From Eledone cirrhosa (lineage: Eukaryota): 64,000 bases of DNA. A model generated the notes under the pieces. It had not been told where the DNA came from. It made no database searches and saw only the letters and a program-made list of their open reading frames with translations. The position numbers were made by a program, and so were the translations under genes. Positions 1 through 11,226 of the stretch are shown piece by piece. Where the stretch lies: NCBI GenBank assembly GCA_964016885.1, contig OZ024751.1:34658001-34722000 (forward strand). Reading direction: 5' to 3'. The first letter of the stretch is position 1; every line of letters begins with the position of its first letter.

Positions 1-120
1 GAAAAAAATGTATAGGCGGCAGTGATGGCGTCATAACGTAATGATGGCAGGAAGTAGTATGATGCAGGCGGAAGGATGCTGTGGTGTTGTTGGTGTTGTT
101 GTTGTTGTTGTTGTTGTTGT

Positions 121-310
121 TTGGTCTCAGGTCATCAAGCGTTCATCAAACATAATCATTCAAAAGCAATTTCAGTCGTGGTTATGATGATGTTTTTCAA
201 GTTTGGTTTTTCAAGTACACTATATCTAGGATCATATCAAATACCACTGTTATCCTAACTATGATAGGAGAGAGATTTAGCTGCTATTTCTACATGTAAA
301 AGTAACTGTA
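121..310 (+). repeat. Old dispersed repeat copy (GAGATTT-GCTGCTATTTCTA family)
   Basis: The motif GAGATTTAGCTGCTATTTCTA recurs with similar upstream context at ~19740-19880, 21150-21340 and 59035-59240 (+) and at ~48940 and 50625 (-). Boundaries are approximate. Confidence 0.45.
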
Positions 311-1314
311 CATGATTCTCTCCTTTGCCAGATATCTCTCTCTATAAGAAAGGTTGGGTATTTATATCTGGCACCATTGGAACCAAGCTATTATTCCTCC
401 ACAGGAAACAGAAACTGGCTCCTGCGTAGAAGGAACCATCAACATTTTTTTCTTTCTAGAAGCAGAGGTAATCAATTGGGAGTAGAAGAATTCAGTGTTG
501 CCATATTTGTCAAAGACAGCCACCATGTAAAAAATCAGCCTCACCCTTCATTTTAAATTGAATCTGAGAACATGGATGAGAACTTGACGGAAGTGGAAGA
601 TGTCAGTCGTCAGTTCTCTCAGCCTTCTCAACAAAACAACTTTATTTGCCAACACATATAAAAACTGCCTGTCTTCCCCGTAGAAGGAGATTGGCATGCG
701 AATAATAATTGAATAAACTAATTAAAATTAAAAACAAGTGAATAAACAAATAAATAATTAACTCCTATGGTCCTCTTCCGCATGAAACTGCATTAGCAAG
801 ATAGTAGTAGGATTCTAAACCCCATTAACAGATAAGTCTTTACTTTAGTTGATTGCAAATTTTCATCACGTTATGTCCTTTAGCAACGATGCTATAAACA
901 TCTGAATTAACAAACTCGATTTTTAGATATTTTCGGCTAATTTATTGCAAGATGTTTTCAGTTAACAGAAAAGAAAAAAAATCGAAATGAATCTATTAAG
1001 TCATACATTTGGGAAATGTTTTAAGGGGTTTACTAAAACACTTATTTTGGCTATCGATAGAGAAACAATCTGGCTTTTATCGATAGAATAATCAACTAAG
1101 TACTGTTAAAGAGTTAATACTGTAATAAATCAGCACATCACCTTAGACAGACAATAAACACACGTGTGTAGCTGTTCCTCTTACATTATTGATATAACTA
1201 TAACTCTAAATACAGAACATTGTATGTGTTGGTAGAAGTAGGGTCGAGCTGTGTGTTTGGTTGGAAAGTAGGAGAGAAAATAACAGGGTTAAACAGTTGC
1301 GATGATATCACACC

Positions 1315-1500
1315 GAGATAACACACACAGAGATATCACATAGACTAGCATAATTGTGAGGGAGTACGAGGGGCGGGGATAAAGAGAGAGATATCAGAGA
1401 GATATCCCACAGAGATATCATACAGACTAGCCTAATTGTGAGAGAGTGGGAGGGGAAATAAAGAGATATCACACAAAGATATCACACAGAGATATCACAC
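1315..1500. repeat. Degenerate tandem duplication (~85-90 bp unit) rich in GAGATATCAC
   Basis: AGAGATATCA..AGACTAGC.TAATTGTGAG.GAGT..GAGGGG..ATAAAGAGA occurs twice. Confidence 0.7.
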
Positions 1501-1575
1501 ACACTAACGTTCACCTCTTTATTATTGCCTGACTCTTGGAGGAGAAAGAGAGAATGTAAGAGAGAGCTAGCATGT

Positions 1576-1642
<67 letters not shown>

Positions 1643-1673
1643 TATACATATTCATACATACATATAGATATAT

Positions 1674-1765
<92 letters not shown>

Positions 1766-2410
1766 ATATATATATGTATTAATTGTAAGAGTGTGAGAGG
1801 GGGAAAGAAAGAGAGTTATTACACTCACCAACACACACACATACACACACACACACACACACTTGTTATCTGAATTAATACTATTACATAGTTTATATTT
1901 ATCACTTTTTACACACTGTCGTGAATTTATTACATTTATTCCACACATAGTTGCCAAATTTATGTCCATGCAGCCGTTGATATCAGTTTAATATTACACT
2001 ATGTTGGTGTTTATTGTTATTTTTACGCCATCATTCTATTATCACATATAGTAATCATTTAGGATTTCTTTGTTTTATCAATAATAATGGAAATATGCCA
2101 CAATATCACAATATATTTATACTAAATTTCCATCTTTATCACAGATTAATAACAAACAACAATAACAAATACATTGCTCTTACACAATGTTTTTATGTCT
2201 ATAGGAAATATATTAGCTAAATATATCAAACTGATGAAACTGTGAGACACCGCCCTAAATAACTTCTATCGTTTATTTCTTCTCCTCTAACTTCCGGTTA
2301 GAAATATAATGGAGTCGACTGGGAATTTGATTTCCCCGGTATCACAAAACTACAAATAGTCTATTACTGTTTTGAAAAGCGGATATTATCAGCAAAACCT
2401 CAAAATAGGA

Positions 2411-2608
2411 GCGGCAAGTATTGGCAGTGTTATTAAAGTGTCAGACTGAATATCTAGCAGCACTTACATACAGCACTTTATGCTCTGAGTTCAAATCCCA
2501 CCGAGGTCAAGTTTACCTTTATTTCTTCCGGGTCGATAAACTACCAATCACGTACTAAGATCGATGTAATCGACTTCTCTTGTGCCTCAATTAGAATCTT
2601 TAATAATA
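2411..2608 (+). mobile_element. tRNA-derived SINE (family 1), diverged copy
   Basis: A-box-like TTGGCAGTGT, B-box GAGTTCAAATCC, body CCGAGGTCAAGTTTACCTTT..GGGTCGATAAA, 3' TGTGCCTCAATTAGAA plus (TAA) tail. Homologous to 31009-31193. Confidence 0.8.
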
Positions 2609-2669
2609 GAGGAAGAATGTAGTGAGAGAGAGAGGGTGAGAGAGAGAGAGAGAGGGTGAGAGAGAGATA

Positions 2670-2705
<36 letters not shown>

Positions 2706-3050
2706 AGTGAGAGAGAGAGACAGACTAGTGATATATATATATATAGAGAGAGAGAGAAAGAGAGAGAGTGTGAGATGAGGAACGCAATTAGGTTCGGTTA
2801 TCGATTCAAGGTAATTATCAATATTTTATATATACATACGTATATATATATATATATATATATATACGTATGTATATATATATATATATATACGTATATA
2901 TATGCATACGTATATATATACATACGTATATATATATACATACGTATATATATACATACGTATATATATACAAACGTATATATATACATACGTATATATA
3001 TACGCGCACACACACACATAAATATATATTTACATACATATAAATATGCT

Positions 3051-3180
3051 TTATTATATCACCCCGTAAGGATGAAAGGCAAAGTTAATCTCGGCGGCAT
3101 TTGAACTCACTCCATAAAGGGCCGTAACTCTTTGCCTCAAAGAATGGCGTCCGACCCTCTACCGATACTGCCAATCCGAC
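3051..3180 (-). mobile_element. tRNA-derived SINE (family 1), 5' half
   Basis: Close match to 31070-31190 (GGATGAAAGGCAAAGTTAA..TTTGAACTCA..GGCGTCCGACCCTCTACCGATACTGCCAATCC). Confidence 0.85.
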
Positions 3181-3819
3181 AGGTCAGATACAGGCAACAG
3201 TGGCAATGAGTGATGGTGAGTAGCGAAGGAAAGCGAGAAAAATTGAGAGTAGAAAGAAAAAAAGAATAGATTTCACTCCGGACAAATTTCCACATCGACC
3301 TGTGTAATTTATAACGATGCCAGCGGTTTTAAAGACTATAGCAATCTAAGAGATATGAAGGATTATTTTCAGCGGCGCTAAACAAGATGGCCGACTAGCT
3401 GGTCAATGTGTCAAATCCCGACATGTATGCTAGAAGAGATAAGATGATGTAAAATATTACTGACGGCTTCTTACAGACACCATGACTCGATGTTGTTGCC
3501 ATAGCAGAGCAATTATATAAGACTATATAATCGACAAATTTATACTGAGACGCTTAATACACGTCAGAATTGAAGATACTTGTACGTACACATGTATGTA
3601 TACACACATACACACAAATTCACACACACATACACACTCACACAAACACGCGCACACCGATACATCCACACACACACGCACATTTACATATATATATGTG
3701 TATGGGTGTGTAATTCTGTATCAATACATCAATGTACACTACAGTCTTATGAGTGGATATCTGTGTAAATGTACTTGCTTTTGTTCCATGTATGAACATA
3801 AATAATATATATGCGTGTG

Positions 3820-3833
<14 letters not shown>

Positions 3834-3904
<71 letters not shown>

Positions 3905-3920
3905 AATTTGTAGTTTACTT

Positions 3921-3970
<50 letters not shown>

Positions 3971-4105
3971 AAGAGAGAAAGAGCGAGAGAGAGAGAAGGA
4001 ATTTGTAGTTTACTTTATATATAGAGAGAGAGAGGGGGAGAGGGAGAAAGAGAGAGTGAGAGAGAAGGAATTTGTAGTTTACTTTATATATATATATATA
4101 TATAA
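3834..4105. repeat. Triplicated (GA)n-AAGGAATTTGTAGTTTACTT-(TA)n cassette
   Basis: An identical 20-bp core occurs at ~3901, ~3996 and ~4065, each between GA and TA runs. Confidence 0.85.
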
Positions 4106-4108
4106 TTA

Positions 4109-4156
<48 letters not shown>

Positions 4157-4909
4157 TAATTATATATATGTATCCGCCAAGTTTAACTCGGAACATCGTC
4201 CTTCCAAATGGTTATGGTAAATTAGGGAAGTCTTCTATGTTCGCTGAATGAATTGGTGTCTTTGTAGCTAAATTAGAAACCATTATTATGAGCCTCAAAT
4301 CGAGCTTCATCCCCCACCCCTCCACAATTTCTCCTCATACATTCATGCCATTGTAAACTATCTGTTTCAACCACAACCTCCTCATTATCCTTATTACCAT
4401 ATATTTTCCTCTAAAGCCCCCCCCCCCCCCCCCCTAATAGAGGATAGTTTAATCTAGCGAGTTTCACATCACATTTACATTATTACATATAAACCTGTAA
4501 CGACAATCTATCAGGAATCCATCCTTCTCTTTTCTCTCTCTTCGCCCTTTTTACATTCTGTGTTTACTCTGCTTCCTCTAGACTTTCTATACACTCTTTA
4601 CTTACTTCTTTCTATTATTTATACAACCCTTTAACTTGTATATTCCTATAATATCCCTTATATATTGTTTACCTATCTACCTTGTGATCAAATAGCAACT
4701 GTCCCTCGTATTGTTTATTCAACATCTTTCCGAATAAGACACGGACTCTGAACACCATTAGTTCACTTCTCACCTCAAACATCATATACGAGACCAGATC
4801 AGCCGGAGTGATACACTTTCTCTTTTTTCAGTCTACTGTGTTTAACCAACCACACACGTGTGTGTATATATATATATATATATACACACACGTGTGTATA
4901 TATATATAC

Positions 4910-4940
<31 letters not shown>

Positions 4941-4945
4941 TATAC

Positions 4946-4976
<31 letters not shown>

Positions 4977-4991
4977 CGTATATATATATAC

Positions 4992-5022
<31 letters not shown>

Positions 5023-5212
5023 ATTCTTCTATAACATGGATTATATATAAACATATATACATATATATGTATGTGCGTGTGTATGTATGTATATGCGTGT
5101 CTGACTCTCTGTGTATGTATATATATATACGTATGAGTTAATATTACATGTGTAAATACGTCTGTGTTTGCGGTGTGTTTATGTATGTAGATTCGAAGTA
5201 TTTTATGTGTGA

Positions 5213-5352
5213 CTGTGTCTCCGTGTATGTGTGTGTCCGTGTATGTGTGTCTCCGTGTATGTGTGTCTCCGTGTATGTGTGTGTCCGTGTATGTGTGTCC
5301 GTGTATGTGTGTCTCCGTGTATGTGTGTGTCCGTGTATGTGTGTGTCCGTGT
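5213..5352. repeat. Minisatellite (GTGT[CT]CCGTGTATGT)n, 14-18 bp units
   Basis: About 8 copies of CCGTGTATGTGTGT. Confidence 0.85.
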
Positions 5353-5607
5353 GTGTATGTGTAGGTGTCTCTAGCTGGAGAGGTTTCCATTCCACATATA
5401 TTTACTCTAGTCGCCCTACTATAGTTAATGCATCATAAAAGCTTTCCCTTTGTAGGATCTTTCAATCCATCAATCCTGTAAATATATTTCAACCTAACCT
5501 TTTCTCACTCAACACATCAACATTCATTGATAAGTACAACCTCACCCACATCCAGACAAGCGCGCACACACACAGACAGACACACATACACACATACATA
5601 CACACAG

Positions 5608-5650
<43 letters not shown>

Positions 5651-5796
5651 TGTGTGTTTTTCTATCTATGGAGATATATATGTGTGTGTGTGCGTGTGTG
5701 TTTATACACATGCATGCACATATATATATACTTACATACATGTCTACATGCATACATACATACATACATACATACATACATACATACATACATACA

Positions 5797-5827
<31 letters not shown>

Positions 5828-5977
5828 GAAGTCCTTGTGTAACTTTACAGTTTCCATTTGTGTACAGTTTGTAGAAATGTAGGAGTGAAAGTATTTATTA
5901 CATTTCCAAATAGATTTCCTTTTCACATTATTAATTTCCAACATGGCCGCCACCAAGTACTTAAATTAACCTGACTT

Positions 5978-6360
5978 TGTGGTTAGTGTGTTTATCTGAC
6001 GAACGTCAATCGTGAGTTCGTTTCTAGGAGCGGTCGGGGAGTTGTGCCACTCACCAAGACATTGCTTTGCAGCATAGGTTACGGTCCTTTACGGTCTGAG
6101 TTCAAATCCCGCTGAAGTTAACTTTGCCTTTCATCCTTACGGGGTCGATAAAATAAACCATATTTATATGTATGTAGCTTCAGTTCACTCAGCTGCCTGT
6201 TCCTATAATTTAGAAGGCCAGCTTTGTCAAACACTGTGTCAAGTTGAATCTCCCTGAGAAGTACGTTGAATTGCATGCATTTCTGGAATTCTCTGTTAGT
6301 TTAGCCAGCAGCTTGTTTGTTGGTTCGTTGTCCAAACACTGGAACACTTGTCTTCGGACC
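5978..6360 (+). mobile_element. tRNA-derived SINE (family 2) interrupted by a family-1 SINE fragment (~6072-6158)
   Basis: Head GTGGTTAG..GAGTTCG..GTTGTG..CAAGACA resumes as CAGTTCACTCAGCTG (cf. reverse complement of 62786-62908). The 3' body resembles 50382-50520. The insert carries GAGTTCAAATCCCGCTGAAGTTAACTTTGCCTTTCATCC. Confidence 0.65.
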
Positions 6361-7409
6361 AGTAGAAGTCGAAAAATTAACCATATTTAGAAACCAGGAT
6401 GTGATTCTAAAATTTTAGAAATGTGAGTTCTTCCAGTTATGTCCCGATCACGTGATAAGTCGTACCCCACAACACCAACAAGTGATTTAGGTCAATAAAC
6501 AACGGTCTCTACAGAAAATAATAATAAATATATTTTATAAAATCTATAAGATACATCAGTCTTCTTAGTGTTTTTTATTTCTATTTAATCCTATCATACA
6601 TAGAACTTAATATAGGAATGTTTAAAATTTAAATTGTACCACTCCCAAAACACACATAGACACACGTACACACACGCATAAAGACAAACACACACACACA
6701 CATATATATATCTTCACAGGCTTTCAATATGATCGATTATATATAAAAATGACAATATTTTGTGCTCTCAGAGTACTATTATCAATTCATTCCTCTCTCT
6801 TCTGTCTCTCACCCACCCTCTCTCTCTCCCTCTCCGCAATGACAATGGACTTTTGTTTAATTAATTTACTGTATCCTAATTAATTCACTGATTCCTAATT
6901 AATTCTTTCGGTTTTCTAATTAATTTAAGAATGTATTTCTTTTCACTGATATTTTGCTCCGTATTTCTGTTATTTCAATCTTATTACAGACATCATCGTC
7001 GTTTGACACGCCGCCATTTTACAATATTTTTACAATCCTGCGACATTAGGGAACCCTTTAGTTTCGTATCCCAGCACTGGGGCTCTGCTGGGTTCCATAG
7101 CGAATCCAATTAATCTACGTTGGCTTAGCTCACTTACCTGGTTACAGGTTGTATAATTACAGGGTTCAGGTATAATTAACCTAATTATAATTAGCCATGC
7201 AGTGTCCATATACCCACTTTTCCCATCGTTTACATTCATAACCTTAATAATCCACTTTTGCTCCATCATTCTTTTATTATTCTTAGTCGTAGTCTAAATA
7301 TTCCTGATTTGTTGCTGTTGTTGTTGTTGTATTTGTTGCATTCGTTGCTATTGTTGTTGTATTTGTTGTTGTTCTTCTACTACCTCCTCTTCATTTTTTC
7401 TTCTCAGTA

Positions 7410-7570
7410 TTGGGTAGTGAGATTAAAGAACGGATTTTAAAATCCGTTCTTTAATCTCACTACCCAAGGAAAATTCAACTTGGCTATGTCAAAATTTATA
7501 AAACACTCTTCGTATTTTATCTGATGAAAGCGTACCAAAGTTTTTGTTACCCTTGAAATATATATAATAT
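7410..7570 (+). mobile_element. Hairpin+tail element (family A relative): perfect 58-bp palindrome followed by a hammerhead-like tail ending in (TA)n
   Basis: 7410-7438 is the exact reverse complement of 7439-7467. The tail TATGTCAAAATTTATAAAAC..TTTTATCTGATGAAAGCGTACCA..CCTTGAAATATATA is homologous to 29220-29315 and 13999-14090. Confidence 0.75.
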
Positions 7571-7574
7571 CATA

Positions 7575-7632
<58 letters not shown>

Positions 7633-7716
7633 CAAAAAGGTAAACAGAAATAACACAATCGGTACAGTATATGGAAAAGATATATTAGGTTAACGCTTGA
7701 TATAGCAGGAAGAGGG

Positions 7717-7752
7717 TCTTAACGTTTCGGACGCTAGTCCTTCATCATAAAA
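7717..7752 (-). ncRNA. Decayed minimal type-I hammerhead motif
   Basis: Minus strand UUUU-AUGAUGA-A-GGAC(UAGC)GUCC-GAAA-CG-UU-AAGA, with a C3>A change. Paralog at 31400-31435. Confidence 0.5.
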
Positions 7753-8093
7753 AAGAATGAGAAATAAGATAGATTGAGGGGACGGGCGGGATGGAATTGG
7801 AAAAAATGACTTTAGATAAAAATAACAGGTCCATTCATGTTGACATCTCTTGCAATATATATATGTATATATATACAGTATATTTATATGTATGTATATA
7901 TATTTTCTTTTTCAGCGATATTTTACGTTCGGGAATCAAATTCATGCATTGGAGTATTTTTATTTGTCTGTTTACCCGGTTTTACGACTGTATATTTCCT
8001 ATGCTAATGATACAGAAGAGAATTTTTAAATAAATTCTTATAATTTACCTTTCTTTCACTTCCCCTTTTCCCCACAACTCTCTCACTCTCTCT

Positions 8094-8203
<110 letters not shown>

Positions 8204-8702
8204 GATAAACATTGATTGCCAGCTACGTTAACTATAGGGATATAAAATATACAGAAGCGAAACCAATCCAAACCAAACAGTGAATGTAACAATATATATA
8301 TATATATAACAAAGCATCATTAATTATTGTATATCTTTAGAATCAATATAAAGGATTATACAATAACCTGAGATTAAATAAGATAAAATAATTCTATATT
8401 ATCAAACTATCGCAGGACTACCTTATTAATAAAATCATCTCAATCTGTTGTATATCTTCCGTCACATTTATACCATTTCTATCTATAATGACATAAATAC
8501 ATTGAGCTTGAAAATATTATTACTTGGTACAATTAACTCTCGTTGGTTAACTCCATATATATATATATATATACACACACAGACACACACATACATACAT
8601 ACATACATACATACATACATACATACATACATACATACATACATACATACATACATACATACATACATACATACATACATACATACATACATACATACAT
8701 AC

Positions 8703-8775
8703 TTTCTTTTACAACCATGCCACCAGGAAGGTGGCCGGTCAAAAAAATATACTCGAAATTAAGAGAAAGAGAAAA
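8703..8775 (+). mobile_element. 73-bp 3'-end-only copy of the R4/Dong-like element in a (TACA)n tract
   Basis: One mismatch versus 9794-9866; (TACA)n on both sides; stem-loop GCCACC-AGGAA-GGTGGC. Confidence 0.85.
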
Positions 8776-8919
8776 CATACATACATACATAGGACTTGTT
8801 TCCTTCTTCATCACTTTCTGCTGCTTAAACCATTTTGTTTGTTTACCCTAGCGTCCCCTTTATTTACGTGTCCCAACGACTTTTTTTTAGCCGTTGCTCG
8901 CACCAACCTGAGGTATATG

Positions 8920-9000
8920 GCCTTTAATGCGACGAAATGCCTACGACGGTTGGATGGCCACTGATGAGGACAAACTTTTTCATATGTAACCCATTTGCAG
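8920..9000 (+). repeat. Dispersed repeat shared with 16183-16265
   Basis: CTTTAA.GCGA.GAAAT.CC...GG.TGGA...CACTGATGA.GGAC.AA.TT..TTCATATGTAACCCA is present in both. Confidence 0.7.
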
Positions 9001-9092
9001 CGCCTCAGCTCCATTATTATCATATTTACACATACATACATACATACATACATACATACATACATACATACATACATACATACATACATACA

Positions 9093-9785
9093 TGGAGTTC
9101 CGACAAGTTTATGACATCACACCTTGAGGGATATCTCTATGCAATACAGGAACAAGAACTCCCTACCAAATATCTGCTGCACAAAAGAGGAGGGCCAGCA
9201 GCTGACAATAAATGTAGGCTATGTAAAACAAAGATCGAGGATGTAAGCCACATTGTTGCCAGCTGCGAAAGAATGTCATCTCGCTACTACCTCCCCATGA
9301 GACACGATGGGATAGCTAGAACTATCTGGAACGCACTTCGGAAAACAAAATTAACAACAAACGAGGAAGAATATATTGAGACAGATGGCACTAAGGAATA
9401 CTGGTGGAACCTGAAAATAAAAACTGCCACCAAATTAAAGCACAACCGGCCTGATATTGTAGTTTGGGACCACACATTGAAAACGTGTTCTGTTGTGGAG
9501 ATCAGCTGCCCACTTGATGTAAACGTTGTCAGAAAAATACAGGAGAAGGAGGACATCTACGGACCATTGATGAGGAGCTTACAAATCCAGTATCCAAGAT
9601 ACACCTTTAGCTTCATACCCATCATTATTGGTGCTACGGGTTATATACCAACCCGCTTGGACCAAAGTATGACCGAACTTGGATTTGCGGACAAAAAGCG
9701 CAGCTCCCTAATTCATAGTCTACAAATGGCTGCGATAGCTGGCACCTTCAAAATATGCAAAACATTCTTGCGATTCAAGGGATGA
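9093..9785 (+). CDS. C-terminal part of an R4/Dong-like non-LTR retrotransposon ORF (CCHC zinc knuckle + restriction-like endonuclease), 5'-truncated
   Basis: EGYLYAIQEQ, CRLC..EDVSHIVASC, RHD, NRPDIVVWD..VVEISCP..EKEDIY, PIIIGATG. The ORF-track N-terminus (8937-9092) is microsatellite and flank. Confidence 0.9.
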   Translation, partial: WSSDKFMTSHLEGYLYAIQEQELPTKYLLHKRGGPAADNKCRLCKTKIEDVSHIVASCERMSSRYYLPMRHDGIARTIWNALRKTKLTTNEEEYIETDGTKEYWWNLKIKTATKLKHNRPDIVVWDHTLKTCSVVEISCPLDVNVVRKIQEKEDIYGPLMRSLQIQYPRYTFSFIPIIIGATGYIPTRLDQSMTELGFADKKRSSLIHSLQMAAIAGTFKICKTFLRFKG

Positions 9786-9866
9786 CAATTTCTTTTCTTT
9801 TACAACCTTGCCACCAGGAAGGTGGCCGGTCAAAAAAATATACTCGAAATTAAGAGAAAGAGAAAA
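9093..9866 (+). mobile_element. 5'-truncated RLE non-LTR retrotransposon inserted in (TACA)n
   Basis: The coding fragment starts directly after (TACA)n; the ~80-bp 3'UTR ends AGAGAAAA and is followed by CATACATACATACA. Confidence 0.85.
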
Positions 9867-10002
9867 CATACATACATACATATATACGAATTACACATAA
9901 CATCCTTTCAGTAATTCTATGTATAATATTGGATTTCTTAATGCCCTTGAAACTTGAAATATGTGTAATTTAAAAACTAATTTTACCATTAAAATATCTG
10001 AT

Positions 10003-10035
<33 letters not shown>

Positions 10036-10326
10036 ATATATATATACAGAGACAGAGAGAGAGGGGGAGAGATGTGCGGTGTGCGTGTGTATCTGTGTGT
10101 GCTTGCGTGTGGATGTGTCTGTGAAATGCTCATACATAAGCAATAGATGTCAAACATTTGCAGGATTTGATATGAGTTCGATTTAAGGCCGAACAAACGA
10201 ACGTTGTGTATTCAAATATTTGTGACGTACGCTTTTAAAAAATGACACGCCATTTCTATGTTTTACATCGCTCAATCTGTTAGAAATATCAACTGAATCT
10301 TAAACAAATATCACAGACTGATGTCT

Positions 10327-10379
<53 letters not shown>

Positions 10380-10754
10380 TCGGCTCCTTACGCAGAGCTA
10401 ACTTTAGTTTCATAAACCTGGCTGCTATTTTTAGCGGCATGAGTATGAGACGTGCTAGGCGCTGCAACATGTGCTTTTATATCAGTATATCGTTCAGTCT
10501 TCTTAGATCCTTTGAAGTGAAAGGTACGAATTTTCTGGATACCTCCTGAAGAGCATAGGAATGGTGGCTTTCACTTAATAAGTCTTGCAAATAACAGATT
10601 TAGGCCTGTCTGGGTATCAAAGGATGTTGCCCGATATAGGTTTGTTATTTTTATTGATTCATTACTTTAAATCGAGTTTTAAGTTAGTATTTTTTCAACC
10701 TAGCTAACTTGGGCCTTTGCAATTGGAACAAATGTGTACTTATATCTGTGTTCA

Positions 10755-10802
<48 letters not shown>

Positions 10803-10845
10803 TGCGAGGTTTTTTATATGAAATCGTGTGTCGGAACAAATATTG

Positions 10846-10970
10846 TTATACTTGGGGAGGGTCATATTTGTGTAATATTGCCAGAATTAATAACAGAACA
10901 CACTCACTGTTTGGTTGGTTTTCGCTTCTCGCTGTCTTTTATATCGGTAATCTAACTTACTCGGTCCTCA
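10846..10970 (-). repeat. Inverted pseudo-LTR copy
   Basis: Reverse complement of 13521-13645 with no mismatch seen by eye. An extra 45 bp (10801-10845) separates it from (TA)n. Confidence 0.95.
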
Positions 10971-11226
10971 GGAAACCTGTAGAAGGCTTGGTTAGCCTCA
11001 AGCACCGCACAAGGGATGGTGAGGTAGTATGTCTACCCACGGATAAGTCTGGTAGGATGTCAATAGATAGCATGCCGAACTACATGGAGGCTATGCAACC
11101 CCACATCACCAACACGAGCGAAATTGCACAACAAACACATGATGGGAGAGAGAAAATCCTCAACGTTCACATGATGATGTGGACTGACATCCTAAAGCCA
11201 AGCAGACGCACTGCAACAACTTCCAG

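Noticed and set aside
8930-8975. Type-II hammerhead from GACGAAA..CACTGATGAGG (also ~16190-16235)
   Set aside because: Core-like words are present but stems II and III do not pair convincingly.
10709-10970. N-terminus of the 208-aa ORF as a host gene
   Set aside because: It runs through (TA)n and the inverted pLTR; only the part after 10971 is PLE protein.
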